Shown here piece by piece: positions 1 through 10,325 of a stretch of 64,000 bases of DNA. A model generated the notes under the pieces. It did not search any database and had not been told where the DNA came from. It was given only the letters and a program-made list of their open reading frames with translations. The position numbers and the translations under genes are program-made. Position 1 is the stretch's first letter; each line of letters starts with the position of its first letter. The stretch is from Luteolibacter sp. (GTDB taxonomy: Bacteria > Verrucomicrobiota > Verrucomicrobiia > Verrucomicrobiales > Akkermansiaceae), in NCBI GenBank assembly GCA_040399845.1, contig JBBARN010000007.1:8071-72070 (forward strand), written 5' to 3'.

Positions 1-2
1 GG

Positions 3-659
3 GTGAGCGGCACAGTCGAACAATTCCGCAAACAGAGCGCCTACCTTGCCAGTCGCGGCATGGTGGGACTGCGGGTGGAATATCGCGTCATTCCCAAAGG
101 GGAAAAGGGCCCGCCGGATCTTTGCTGTGCCGATGCGAAATCCGCAATGCGTTATGTCCGGCTGCACGCCGCCGAACTCGGCATCGACCCCAACCGGATT
201 GCCGGGGCCGGCGGTTCGGCGGGCGGGCACCTCGCCTCTTTCACGGCAATGGTGGAGGGGCGCGATGATCCCAAGGATGACCTCTCCGTTTCCTGCAAGC
301 CCAACGCCCTGGTGCTTTTCAACCCGGTTGTCAACAACGGCCCCGGCGAATGGGGGCATCAACGCGTGGGATCAAACTACAAACAATACTCCCCCGCCCA
401 CAACATCACATCCAAGGCCCCGCCGACGATTGTCTTTCTCGGCGACAAGGATGACTTGATTCCGGTGAAGGTCGTGAAGGAGTTTGAGTCCGAAATGAAA
501 AAGGCCGGCGTTCGCTGCGATACGCATATCTATCCGAATGCAGGCCATGGTTTCTTCAACAAGGAACCTTATTTTGGCAAAACCTTGATCGAGGCGGACA
601 GATTCCTTGCCACACTCGGATGGATCGAAGGCCCTCCAACACTCCCGACCGCCCAATGA
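3..659 (+). CDS. Alpha/beta hydrolase (esterase/lipase, BD-FAE-like), 5'-truncated by window edge
   Basis: GGSAGGHLA nucleophile elbow, GDKDD acid and GHGF His motifs. Confidence 0.85.
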   Translation: MSGTVEQFRKQSAYLASRGMVGLRVEYRVIPKGEKGPPDLCCADAKSAMRYVRLHAAELGIDPNRIAGAGGSAGGHLASFTAMVEGRDDPKDDLSVSCKPNALVLFNPVVNNGPGEWGHQRVGSNYKQYSPAHNITSKAPPTIVFLGDKDDLIPVKVVKEFESEMKKAGVRCDTHIYPNAGHGFFNKEPYFGKTLIEADRFLATLGWIEGPPTLPTAQ

Positions 660-925
660 GCGGAAGTGGCATTGATCGATATCAAGTTGAGGCCATCACC
701 AATCATCCGTGCAGAATGGCGAAGCAGGTTCACCGCCACATGGGCATCGACTGGAAAACCGAGTTTAGGCCGGTGAAGCAAATCGTGAAAAACTGACGAT
801 TTTGTAGTGCCTTTCGGAGAGAGACCCAGGCACGACAATGGACGCTAGACTTTTGAAAAAAACTTGGGCCAGCCACGGCCTCCGTCCGCGCCTCGCTAGC
901 AGCTGCCGGGGTGTCCATCCCAAGC

Positions 926-967
926 CTGCGACAATTCTTGTGACGGCCGTCACGTGAATTGTCGCAG
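926..967. repeat. 42-bp near-perfect palindrome (REP-like or operator)
   Basis: CTGCGACAATTC-tt-GTGACGGCCGTCAC-gt-GAATTGTCGCAG: 12-bp arms around a self-complementary 14-bp core. Confidence 0.75.
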
Positions 968-1027
968 TGGGACCTTTTGCCTTTGCGTTGGGGCGGGAAT
1001 GACCTACCAAGAGCGCCCACCGCCATC

Positions 1028-1780
1028 ATGAGATTGTTCCGCATCCTGACCCTCAAAGAGCTCAAGGGGTATTTCCTCACCCCGTTCGGCTGGGTCGTTC
1101 TGGCTTTTGTGACCATCATGCAGGGCGTCTCGCTCTCGACGGCGATGAAGGGCTTCCGCGACACTCCGGTGAAGGACAGTCTGGTTTACGTGACCTTCCA
1201 CACACCACTGTTCTGGTTCTATTTCCTGTTCATTTTCCCGCTGATCACCATGCGCCTCTTCGCCGAGGAGGAACGCTCGGGCACGCTTGAAACGCTGTTG
1301 ACCGCGCCGGTGCGGACTTGGCAGGTGGTGCTCTCGAAATACACCGCCGCGATGATGTTTTACACGGTGCTGTGGGTGCCGGCGTTGGTGCAGTTCAAGA
1401 TGTTCGAGTGGTTCACCGATCTGCCGCCCGCATGGACGCCGGGGGCGATGCTGGGAACCTTCACGGCCGTGATGCTGATGGGCTGCGCGTTCACCGCGGT
1501 GGGCTGTCTCGCCTCCGCGCTGACCTCCAGCCAGATCATTGCGGGCATCATCACGATCGGCTTGTTGGTGATCCAGTATTTCCTCGGCTTTGTCACCGTG
1601 ATCTGGGGCGAGTCGTTTGTGGGCGCGCCGTTTTTCCATTATATCTCTTCCCAGCAACACCTGCATTACTTCGCCAGCGGATTGTTCGATACAAGACCGG
1701 TGGTGTATTTCCTGAGCGCGGCGGTCTTCGTGCTGTTCCTCACCTATCAGGTCGTGGACTTCCGCCGCTGGAAACGCTGA
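1028..1780 (+). CDS. ABC-2 type transporter permease, GldF-like
   Basis: KELKGYF..P.GW start, LITMRLFAEEERSGTLETLLTAPV...VVLSKY motif, about 6 TM segments; ATG at 1028 preferred over track start 959. Confidence 0.85.
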   Translation: MRLFRILTLKELKGYFLTPFGWVVLAFVTIMQGVSLSTAMKGFRDTPVKDSLVYVTFHTPLFWFYFLFIFPLITMRLFAEEERSGTLETLLTAPVRTWQVVLSKYTAAMMFYTVLWVPALVQFKMFEWFTDLPPAWTPGAMLGTFTAVMLMGCAFTAVGCLASALTSSQIIAGIITIGLLVIQYFLGFVTVIWGESFVGAPFFHYISSQQHLHYFASGLFDTRPVVYFLSAAVFVLFLTYQVVDFRRWKR

Positions 1781-1801
1781 TTCCGATTTTTTCCGTTCCA
1801 C

Positions 1802-3343
1802 ATGACCGACGCTCCTGCCGAACCCGAAACCAAGCCCGCCCGCCCGCTCAATCGCTGGGGGATTGGTTCGCTTTCCGTGCTGCAAACCGTGCTTCTTGCG
1901 GTGATCGTGATCGCGGTCAATTATCTCGCGATCCATCATTACGAGCGTCTCGATCTGAGCCGCAGTGGAGATTATACATTGTCTTCCGCCACGCAAAGAT
2001 ATCTCGCATCGGAAGATCTTTCCAAACGTGAAAAGCCGGTGAAATGGATCATGGCCTTCCGCCGGAGTTCGCCGTTTTATGAGCGGGTGCGTGCACTGGC
2101 CGAGGAGTATCAGCGGATTTCGAGAAACGAGATCGAGCTGGAAATTGTCGATCCGCTCCGCAGTCCGGACCGCATGCAGGAAATCACCGCCGCTTATGGG
2201 CTGAGCCTCGTGCGTGACATCATCATCATCGATGCGCGCACCGATGACAGCGCCGCCACGGTGGAGGATGCCAACAAGGTGAAGTCCCTCAATCCCCATG
2301 TGAAACTCGTGCTGGCGGATGACCTCGGAGTTTTCACGACCACGGATCGCGTTCGCAAGGTCACCGCCTTCCAAGGCGAGGATGTGCTCACCGCGCGCTT
2401 GGTGGAATCCATCGAGGGAAAACCACGGAAAATGGCTTTGTTGGCGGACAAGAGTCAAATCGATTCGGATGATGCGACATCACCGCGCAAGTCGCTTGAG
2501 GAAACCCTGCGTTTTCAGAACATCGAGTTGAGTGAAATCCAGCTCGCGGGTTTGCAGGACATTCCGGCCGATGTTTCCGGCATCGTGTTGGCAGCGCCGA
2601 AGTATGATCTCAACGATGCCGAACTCGCGGTGATCGAGCGATATTGGAACCGCTCGCGGGGGGCGATTCTGGTTTTGTTAGATGGCCAGGCACCGCCGAA
2701 GCTCCGTTCATTCCTGCGGGCCAATGGCATCACGCCGAAGGAAAACCGCGTCGTCGGCCGCGATAAGGACAATCGTCTCATCACTACGGCGAGGGGAAAT
2801 TTTGCTGAAGGCGTTGATTTAATCCGCGATCTTGCTGGTTTGACGACGGAGTTTGGTGGGGCCAGTGCTTCTTTGGAAGTGCGCGAGGGAGCCGACGATC
2901 TTCTCAATCGCCGCATCTATCCGATCGGGCTCATCGAGGTCCAGCCACCGTTCTGGGGCGAGACGAAGTTTGGCAAGGGCAACGAAGCCTTCAACGAAGA
3001 GGAAGACCACGCCGCGCCCTTCAGCATTGCTGCCAGCGTGACCCGCGGAGCAGAGGCGGACGACCGATTCGCCGCCGATACTTCGCGCATGGTGGTGATT
3101 TCCAATACCGACTTTCTCGCCGCCAAAAACCAAAGTGCCGAAAACCTCGACTTCCTCGCCTCATCCGCCAACTGGCTCGTCGGCCGCGAGTCGCTGGCAG
3201 GCATCGGGCCGCGTTCGCTCGGCACCTACAAGCTGCCACTGCTCGATGCGCAGGTTTCCTTCATCAATCGCGTGAACCTGTTTTTCCTGCCCGCATTTCT
3301 CATCGTAATGGGCATCTTCGTTTGGTCCTCACGCCGAGCCTGA
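1802..3343 (+). CDS. GldG-like ABC transporter auxiliary component
   Basis: N-terminal TM, RLDLSRSGDYTLS motif, C-terminal TM; follows the GldF-like permease. Confidence 0.8.
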   Translation: MTDAPAEPETKPARPLNRWGIGSLSVLQTVLLAVIVIAVNYLAIHHYERLDLSRSGDYTLSSATQRYLASEDLSKREKPVKWIMAFRRSSPFYERVRALAEEYQRISRNEIELEIVDPLRSPDRMQEITAAYGLSLVRDIIIIDARTDDSAATVEDANKVKSLNPHVKLVLADDLGVFTTTDRVRKVTAFQGEDVLTARLVESIEGKPRKMALLADKSQIDSDDATSPRKSLEETLRFQNIELSEIQLAGLQDIPADVSGIVLAAPKYDLNDAELAVIERYWNRSRGAILVLLDGQAPPKLRSFLRANGITPKENRVVGRDKDNRLITTARGNFAEGVDLIRDLAGLTTEFGGASASLEVREGADDLLNRRIYPIGLIEVQPPFWGETKFGKGNEAFNEEEDHAAPFSIAASVTRGAEADDRFAADTSRMVVISNTDFLAAKNQSAENLDFLASSANWLVGRESLAGIGPRSLGTYKLPLLDAQVSFINRVNLFFLPAFLIVMGIFVWSSRRA

Positions 3344-3350
3344 AACCGTC

Positions 3351-5234
3351 ATGCGCTCGATTGCTTATACTTTGTTGCTCACGCTGATCGCCGCCGTTTT
3401 CTGCGGGCTGGCGGGTTGGCAATGGCATCAGGGGAATTTCGATTCCATCATTGGCGCTCCCGCCCTGCCGGTGGGGGAGCGGCTTTATACGAATTTCAAA
3501 CCCGCCGATGCCAAAACCATCCGCGTGAATGCCGATGGCGTGAATGCCACATTTTCCCTGGAAAAAAACGGCTGGCAGGCATCCGCCCCGTGGAATGACC
3601 GCATGGACCCGCGGGCGGCGGTTAGCATCATCAACTTCACCCTCGGCATGCGGGTAGAAGACTATGCCGGAGTGGATGAAATCCCCACCAGCCAAACCGG
3701 TCTCGGCGAAACCGCGGTGACCATCCGCATCGAGGATGCAAACCGCAAACCGCTTGCCACCTACAAACTCGGCCGCGTGACGCCATGGAAGGCGGAAGTG
3801 GAAGGCATGGAAGAACCGGTAGCCACGGTGTTTGTGCATCCGCGGGATGAGAACCGCAAAAAACATATCTATGCCTGCACTGGAGATATCACATCCTTGT
3901 TCAAGGACGGGCTGAAATTCCTGCGCGATCACCGGCCCTTTTATTTCAATCCCATCACGCTCCAGAAAATCCGCATCCGCTCGCAACAGGGGGATCTAAC
4001 TCTGGGTCGCGATGATCCCAAGAGCCCGTGGCGGATCATCAAGCCACTTGACCTGCCCACCGATCAACTGGCGATGAAAGCCTTGTTGGAAGGCATCTTC
4101 GAACTTCAAGCCGCCAAGGTGGCGGACCGCTCGACGGTCACACTTCCAGCCAAGGATGCGGCAGTGAAAACCAGCCAGATCGCCCTCGTGAACTTCGGCA
4201 GCGAGGAGGAAACTTTGCTGGAAATTTTCCCACCAGAAACACCCGAGAACAACGATCTCAAGGCGGTAGTGAGCGATCGGCCAGACACCGTTTTCGACCT
4301 TCCCTACAAACCGGAACCGGGACTTGTGTCATTGGCCGACCTGCCGCTTTCCGTCAACGAACTGCGCGATCCCACCCTCACCCACCTCAACGTCGCCTCG
4401 CTGCGCGGCATCTCGATCGAACCCGCCACTGGCGCGCCGATCGTCATCACCCGCCAAGCGCCCAAGCCATGGATGGCCTCGGTGAATGAGGTCGAGTATG
4501 AAGCCAACGAGGAAAACCTGTTTTCGCTTCTCAAAGCCGTCACCACTACCCGCGCTACCGGTTTCGAGAGCGATGCGGCCACGGATTTCACCCCTTGGGG
4601 ACTGCATCGGCCTTTCCTGAAACTGCGATTCCTCGGCGAAAACAACCAGGGCCTCGAGCTCCGCTTCGGCCTCGATGGCAAGGGCGGCATATTCGTCAAC
4701 CGCCTCGGTACCCCCACCGTGATGAAAGTGGACGCCGCGCTCATCGCCGCTATCGCCGTCCGGCCTTACGAGTGGCGGCACGCGCGGCTTTGGTCGCTTG
4801 ATCGCGTGAACCTCTCGGCGATCGAACGCAAATCCAGTGGGGAAGCCCCGCTGTTTCTCAAATACACCTTCAACCCCGAATCTTGGACCGCCACGCGAAA
4901 CGGGCAGAACGTCACCGACCAACTCGACCCCGCCCGGGCCGATTTCATGCTCAGCGTTCTGGAGGGTCTCAAAGTTGATCGTTGGTTGGCCCCGGACGAC
5001 GAAAATGCCGCAACCGCCCTCACGGCCCCGTCGCTCGTTTTCACCGTCACCGAGAAAACCTACGACGATGAAATGAACTTCGCCGGGCTCTCCACCCGCG
5101 GCATTTCCCTCGCTCCGGCCAGCCCGGGAGCCAATCCCGGTTTCTACTACGGTCGCCTCAACAACGAGCCCAACCCGTTCCTGCTCAGCGCGGAAACATA
5201 CCGCAAGCTTGCCCTGGATTTGTTCGAAAAATAG
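3351..5234 (+). CDS. DUF4340-like membrane-anchored protein
   Basis: N-terminal TM anchor, repeated 'DFTPWGL..P' type segments, canonical position after GldG. Confidence 0.7.
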   Translation: MRSIAYTLLLTLIAAVFCGLAGWQWHQGNFDSIIGAPALPVGERLYTNFKPADAKTIRVNADGVNATFSLEKNGWQASAPWNDRMDPRAAVSIINFTLGMRVEDYAGVDEIPTSQTGLGETAVTIRIEDANRKPLATYKLGRVTPWKAEVEGMEEPVATVFVHPRDENRKKHIYACTGDITSLFKDGLKFLRDHRPFYFNPITLQKIRIRSQQGDLTLGRDDPKSPWRIIKPLDLPTDQLAMKALLEGIFELQAAKVADRSTVTLPAKDAAVKTSQIALVNFGSEEETLLEIFPPETPENNDLKAVVSDRPDTVFDLPYKPEPGLVSLADLPLSVNELRDPTLTHLNVASLRGISIEPATGAPIVITRQAPKPWMASVNEVEYEANEENLFSLLKAVTTTRATGFESDAATDFTPWGLHRPFLKLRFLGENNQGLELRFGLDGKGGIFVNRLGTPTVMKVDAALIAAIAVRPYEWRHARLWSLDRVNLSAIERKSSGEAPLFLKYTFNPESWTATRNGQNVTDQLDPARADFMLSVLEGLKVDRWLAPDDENAATALTAPSLVFTVTEKTYDDEMNFAGLSTRGISLAPASPGANPGFYYGRLNNEPNPFLLSAETYRKLALDLFEK

Positions 5235-5321
5235 GACGACTGAGCAGAGCGAACGATCACCAAGCCCAGCGAGTTGGTGTTTTGCCCCGACTGAGGAATC
5301 TTCAAGGAATTTGCTGGTCTC

Positions 5322-5663
5322 TTGAATCCGCTTGGGCTAGGTTTACCCGCTCGATATTCACTAAGGGATGTCGAACTCACCATCTTGAAAATCACACTCA
5401 ACGATTCCATTCCGGAGGCTCGCCGTCAGCAAGTCGAGAAACTGGTCGCCACTTTCGTCCGCAAGCCGGAGATTTCATGGCTGCCCAGTCGTTTTCCGCA
5501 CTTGGTGATGTTCGTGGATCCCGGTGCGGAAGACAGTGCCGAGCCGGAGAAAAGTTCAATCTTCGAATCACCGCGGGCAGGGATGCGATCCACGGCGTCG
5601 CTGACTGCGATGTTGGAAGACCACATCAAGGCCTGCTTGGCAGCGCCCCCGCCGCGGGGCTGA
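5322..5663 (+). CDS. Small hypothetical protein (start uncertain)
   Basis: ORF fills the gap between two + strand genes; protein-like composition. Confidence 0.4.
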   Translation: MNPLGLGLPARYSLRDVELTILKITLNDSIPEARRQQVEKLVATFVRKPEISWLPSRFPHLVMFVDPGAEDSAEPEKSSIFESPRAGMRSTASLTAMLEDHIKACLAAPPPRG

Positions 5664-5739
5664 GGCCGGGCTGTTCTCATTTGGGCAGGAGAGGATTAGG
5701 ACTTGCCCTCGCCCCTCATTGGTGGCGAATTCTGGATCA

Positions 5740-6954
5740 ATGAAAGTCGTTTCCATCCTTCTCGCCTTGGCCGCCACCGTACAGGCCGAGCTGACCGCCA
5801 CCCTTCAGACAACCCGCGGGAATGTTGCCATCGCCCTGCAATACGACAAGGCCCCGCAGGCGGTTGCCAATTTCATCACCCTCGCCCAAGGGACTCGGAC
5901 ACGACTTCATGAAGCCACGGGGGCAGTCACCAATGCCCCGCTTTATGTCGGCGAGAAGTTTTTCCGCGTCCTCAACAGCGCAGGCTTCCGGATTGCACAA
6001 ACCGGTTCCGGCAACGGCACCAATTCCGGCAGTCCGGGCTACACGTTCAAGGACGAGTTCGTCCCCGCCCTCCGCCATGTCCCCTACGTGTTGTCGATGG
6101 CCAACAGCGGCCCGAACAGCAATGGCAGCCAGATTTTCCTGACTGGCAGCGATCCCATCCCGAGTTTGGATGATGTCCACACCGTGTTCGGATTGATCAC
6201 CGATGTTCCCAGCCGGGCGGTGATCGACAGCATTATGGCTGCCGGGAACGATGCCACGACAATCACCGGGGTCACCTTCAACCGCAGCAGTCCGGGTGCG
6301 ACGGCATTCAATGAAATGAATCAAAACCTGCCGACGATCCTGAGGGCCGGTGGCAGCTTGGCCGTTCAGCCGGGAGTTTCCTCAATATGGAATTTCAACC
6401 CAATAATGATCTCCGGGGACGTCCTGCGGGCGCGCCGCTCCACCACATTGGCCAGCGGATCCTGGGCGGCCATCGATCCTTCCGACTTCCATCTCGGGAT
6501 CGGCCCACCCGGCGTGAATTTCATCCTTCCATCGGTCACACTCGACACCGCCACGTCCGCCAAAGCGTTCTATCACCTTGCCGTCGCCCGACACCCGGGC
6601 GCGGTGGCCCCTTCGAGCTTTGCCAACCGCGTCATGTATTTCCTGATTGGTAACCGCTTGTTCGGCTATCAATTCAACGCTAGTGCCACGGGCGGCGTCG
6701 CACTCTACGAAGTTGGGAATATCTCGCTGAACTTCACCTTCAGCGTCCTATCGTTCGATAGCACCGCGCATTCGACTCCCGTCATCCTCCGAAACATCGG
6801 GCTGCCTTATGAACCCGAATACCTGCAAGTTAAGGTCGGCTGGGATTCCGCGAACGACGACGAAATCCTCGGGCATCATTCCACAGACTACTACAATTTC
6901 AGCGAGGGTAAATTCCTGCCCTACTCGCGGGGAGCGGCGACTGTGACTCGATGA
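5740..6954 (+). CDS. Secreted cyclophilin-type peptidyl-prolyl isomerase with C-terminal extension
   Basis: Signal peptide MKVVSILLALAATVQA; APQAVANFITLA, FFRV, SMANSGPNSNGSQ and HTVFG motifs. Confidence 0.85.
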   Translation: MKVVSILLALAATVQAELTATLQTTRGNVAIALQYDKAPQAVANFITLAQGTRTRLHEATGAVTNAPLYVGEKFFRVLNSAGFRIAQTGSGNGTNSGSPGYTFKDEFVPALRHVPYVLSMANSGPNSNGSQIFLTGSDPIPSLDDVHTVFGLITDVPSRAVIDSIMAAGNDATTITGVTFNRSSPGATAFNEMNQNLPTILRAGGSLAVQPGVSSIWNFNPIMISGDVLRARRSTTLASGSWAAIDPSDFHLGIGPPGVNFILPSVTLDTATSAKAFYHLAVARHPGAVAPSSFANRVMYFLIGNRLFGYQFNASATGGVALYEVGNISLNFTFSVLSFDSTAHSTPVILRNIGLPYEPEYLQVKVGWDSANDDEILGHHSTDYYNFSEGKFLPYSRGAATVTR

Positions 6955-7007
6955 TCGCCTTCCGAAGAAAAGCGATCATCTGAGCCGGATTCCGAAGCAC
7001 CTGTGAA

Positions 7008-8744
7008 TCAGGCCTTCGCCTTTTTTCCTTCGAAGTGTTCCTCGATTTCCTCGAGCGTCTTGCCCTTGGTTTCCGGGAGGAAGAAGGCAGCGGTGATGAA
7101 GTAAATCACCGTGCAGGCCGCCCAAAACAGGAACATTGCCGAGTATCCGTGATTGCCGACGATCGGCAGGAAAAACGCCGCAATGCCAGTGGAGACGCCT
7201 TGGTTGATCACGAGAGCCACACCCATACCGATCGAGCGGATCCGGGTGGGCATAAGCTCCGAAAGAGCGAGCCACACACAAACCCCAGGCCCGAGGGCAA
7301 AGCTGGTGATGAAGAGCATGAGGGAAGCGATGACCAGATAGCCGGTGGTCTCGGTGGGAACCGGACCGTATTTAGCTCGCTTGATTTCCAGTTCCTGGGG
7401 AGCCCCATCCTTGCCCATCACTTCGGGAATTTCGAGCACCGGATTCTTGTCGTTGGAAAACACGGAGATCACTTTCTCGGCGTCGCCTTGACGGTACAAG
7501 ACAGCCAACTCCATCGGGCGCCCGTCGATGGCAGGACCAAAGGTTTTCTCATCCACCGGCAAACTGACCGAACTTCCGAACGGAGAAGTCGTCTTGGAAG
7601 TAGTCCGCATCTCGGCATTGATTTTGTCCGAAACATCCACGCGTTTCGACTCGAAGGAATAGAACAATGCCGCTCCGATCAGCAGCGAAACGATGATGCC
7701 GGCGGTCCCGGTTTTCAGCAAAAACTTGCGCCCCATCTTGTCCACAAGCGCCACGCCAATCAGGGTGGCCACCACGTTGAGGACCTTCACGGCAAAGTCA
7801 CCGTTGGAGGCGAAACTGGCGCTCAATCCCGCTTTTTGGAGGATGAGGGTGAGGAATTGCAGGATGGAATTGATACCGGTGGCCTGATTGCAACCGAGAA
7901 TCACACAGGCGATGATGAAGGGCAGCACATACTTGCGCTGAAAAAGCGCGCCGCCGGAATGGGATTTTCCATCGGAGGATTTCGACTGGCTGAGATGCTC
8001 GGCCATTTCCTTGAGTTCCATCTCCGCTTCCTCCGGATCGCGAGACTTGAGCAAGGCCACTTTCGCCTCGGCAGTGCGCCCCTTGCGGTAAAGCCAACGC
8101 GGGGACTCCGCAACGATGAAGGTTCCGGCGAGGAACACGAAGCCCGGCCACATCACAAACAGGAACATCGAACGCCAGGCGGCGTTGGACGCGGCCAGAA
8201 TCAGCTCTTCATTGCCATTTGCCGCCTTGATCGCCGTTTCCGCGATATCGATGTAATACTTGCCCACCAAGGCCGCGAGGGCGATGCCGATGGTGAGGAA
8301 AAACTGGAACATCGCCGTGCTCCGGCCCCGCGAGGATGCCGGCACGCACTCCGCGAGGTAAAGCGGCACCACGACCGCGATCACGCCGCCTGAAGCTCCT
8401 TGCAGCAAGCGCCCGATGAGCAGGGGCACGAAGCTGTTGGAAATGTAAATGATCCCCACCGAGAGCACGAACAACAGCGCGGAAACGATCATCATTTTCT
8501 TGCGTCCCACCAGATCGGCCAGCGCGCCGGCCACAATCGATGAAACCGCCGACCCCGCCAAGACGGCAGCGACCACGAGGGAGGTTTGCTGCTCGGTGAG
8601 CTTGATGGTCTTGTCCAGATAGAGCAGGGCACCGGCGATGATGCCGATATCGATCCCGTAAAGCAGCCCTCCGAGTCCGGAGATGGAGGCAAGCAACTTG
8701 TTGTACAGCTTGGGGCTGCCCGATGATTCTGGAGCGGTAGTCAT
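7008..8744 (-). CDS. MFS sugar porter family transporter
   Basis: GGLLYGIDIGIIAG, GRKK, PLYLAE, ESPRWL, QATGIN, DKMGRK and PETKGKTLEEIE motifs; start at ATG 8744. Confidence 0.92.
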   Translation of the reverse strand: MTTAPESSGSPKLYNKLLASISGLGGLLYGIDIGIIAGALLYLDKTIKLTEQQTSLVVAAVLAGSAVSSIVAGALADLVGRKKMMIVSALLFVLSVGIIYISNSFVPLLIGRLLQGASGGVIAVVVPLYLAECVPASSRGRSTAMFQFFLTIGIALAALVGKYYIDIAETAIKAANGNEELILAASNAAWRSMFLFVMWPGFVFLAGTFIVAESPRWLYRKGRTAEAKVALLKSRDPEEAEMELKEMAEHLSQSKSSDGKSHSGGALFQRKYVLPFIIACVILGCNQATGINSILQFLTLILQKAGLSASFASNGDFAVKVLNVVATLIGVALVDKMGRKFLLKTGTAGIIVSLLIGAALFYSFESKRVDVSDKINAEMRTTSKTTSPFGSSVSLPVDEKTFGPAIDGRPMELAVLYRQGDAEKVISVFSNDKNPVLEIPEVMGKDGAPQELEIKRAKYGPVPTETTGYLVIASLMLFITSFALGPGVCVWLALSELMPTRIRSIGMGVALVINQGVSTGIAAFFLPIVGNHGYSAMFLFWAACTVIYFITAAFFLPETKGKTLEEIEEHFEGKKAKA

Positions 8745-8927
8745 GATTTCAAAAGGAACGGGCGCATGATAGAAATCCCGCCCTCTCCGGCAATGCCGAA
8801 TTTCGACCCGGCTTTGGAGCAGTTTCGTGAATTCAAGGGTGAGTAATGTCGGGAATCGCCCCCACCCGGCTTCGGGCCGCAATTTTTGCGCAAGTCAGCG
8901 CGGGACTGCGCTTTTCGAACACCCCGT

Positions 8928-8957
8928 TTGACAAGCGGCATGGGTTTCCTCTAGCTT
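8928..8957 (+). promoter_or_regulatory. Putative sigma70 promoter for tig-clpP-clpX
   Basis: TTGACA at 8928-8933 and TAGCTT at 8952-8957 (18-bp spacer), about 35 bp upstream of tig ATG. Confidence 0.5.
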
Positions 8958-8992
8958 CCTCGCCCCGGCGCTGATGCCGGTCCCCATTTACC

Positions 8993-10324
8993 ATGAACAT
9001 TGTTGTCGAGAAGCAGCCGAAATGCGTCGCCACCCTGCGTGTTGAGATCCCAGCGGAAAAAGTCCAGGGTCAACGTGATCAAATTGTCCGCGGCTATGCC
9101 AGCAAGGCCCGCGTTCCGGGCTTCCGGCCTGGAAAAGCGCCCCGGGCCATCATTGAAAAGCGCTTCGATAAGGAAATCACCGAAGAGCTCAACGAGCTGC
9201 TTTTCAACGAGGCTTTCGATGAGGCCATGAAGCAGGAAAACCTCAAGGTGCTGGATTTCGGGATTCCGGAAGGCCTCACCACCACTGCCGACGGCGGCAT
9301 TTCCTTCAGCTCCAAGCTCACGCTCGCACCGGAAGTCACCCTCCCCGCATACAAGGGAGTGACGGTCACGGTTCCACCGCTTGAGGTTCCGGAAGAGGAG
9401 ATCGATGCCCAGCTCACCGCCCTGCGCGAGCGTTTTGCCGATTTCAAGGACATCGAAGGCCGCTCTGCCGCCATGGGCGACTTCGCCGTGATCGACTACA
9501 GCTCGACCGTCGAAGGCAAACCCACCGAGGAATTTCTCGGAAAATCCGCCGGATACCTCTCCGGCCGCGAAGGTTTCTGGGTGCGCCTTGACGAAAAAGC
9601 ATTCCTTCCCGGTTTCGCGGCTCAACTGGTCGGCATGGCCGTGGGCGACAGCAAGGAAATCACCATCACCCTTCCCGAGGATTTCCCTGTGGCGGATCTG
9701 CAAAACAAGGAATTGCTCTTCACCACCACGGTGAAGGAGCTCAAGGAAGCCCAACTCCCCGACTTGGACGATGAGCTCGCCGCCCGCCTCGCCCCCGGTA
9801 AGACGATGGACGAGATCAAGGAAATCATCCGCGAGAACATGCAGACCGAGCGCAAGCGGAAGATCGACGACATGAAGGTCAACCAAATCGTCGCCCACTT
9901 CAACAATCAGGTGGATTTCGAACTTCCCGACGAACTCATCACCCAGGAGACCCAATCACAGGCCGATGCCATGGTGAAGCGCGGCGTGCAATCCGGCATG
10001 ACGGAAGAGGAAATCTCGTCCCAACAAGCCGAGATCTTCGCCAGCGCCGGCCATCAGGCAGTGACCAATCTGCGCACGAATTTCATCCTTCAGGAAATCG
10101 CACGGATTGAAAACATCACTGTCTCGGACATGGAACTCGTCAACCACCTCGCCCGCATTGCGCAATCCCGCAAGGTGGCTCCGAAAAAGTTCATCAAGGA
10201 CATGCAGCGCTCCGGCCGGCTTTCGTCGGTCCGCAGTTCGATCGGTATCGGCAAGGCCATTGACTTCCTAGTCGAGCACGCGAATGTAGTGGAGTCAGCC
10301 GAAACCAATCTCACCGAAGAATAA
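8993..10324 (+). CDS. tig: Trigger factor
   Basis: [10 protein letters not shown] signature, FKBP-like middle domain, tig-clpP-clpX synteny. Confidence 0.96.
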   Translation: MNIVVEKQPKCVATLRVEIPAEKVQGQRDQIVRGYASKARVPGFRPGKAPRAIIEKRFDKEITEELNELLFNEAFDEAMKQENLKVLDFGIPEGLTTTADGGISFSSKLTLAPEVTLPAYKGVTVTVPPLEVPEEEIDAQLTALRERFADFKDIEGRSAAMGDFAVIDYSSTVEGKPTEEFLGKSAGYLSGREGFWVRLDEKAFLPGFAAQLVGMAVGDSKEITITLPEDFPVADLQNKELLFTTTVKELKEAQLPDLDDELAARLAPGKTMDEIKEIIRENMQTERKRKIDDMKVNQIVAHFNNQVDFELPDELITQETQSQADAMVKRGVQSGMTEEEISSQQAEIFASAGHQAVTNLRTNFILQEIARIENITVSDMELVNHLARIAQSRKVAPKKFIKDMQRSGRLSSVRSSIGIGKAIDFLVEHANVVESAETNLTEE

Positions 10325-10325
10325 C

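Noticed and set aside
656-796. 46-aa ORF with ATGA overlap after the hydrolase
   Set aside because: No recognisable motif, and an equally plausible antisense frame exists; cannot be supported
1004-2458. Long antisense ORFs (also 7035..8393, 8951..9955, 11058..12101, 40400..41377, 49778..51166)
   Set aside because: Shadow frames opposite well-supported genes, expected in GC-rich DNA
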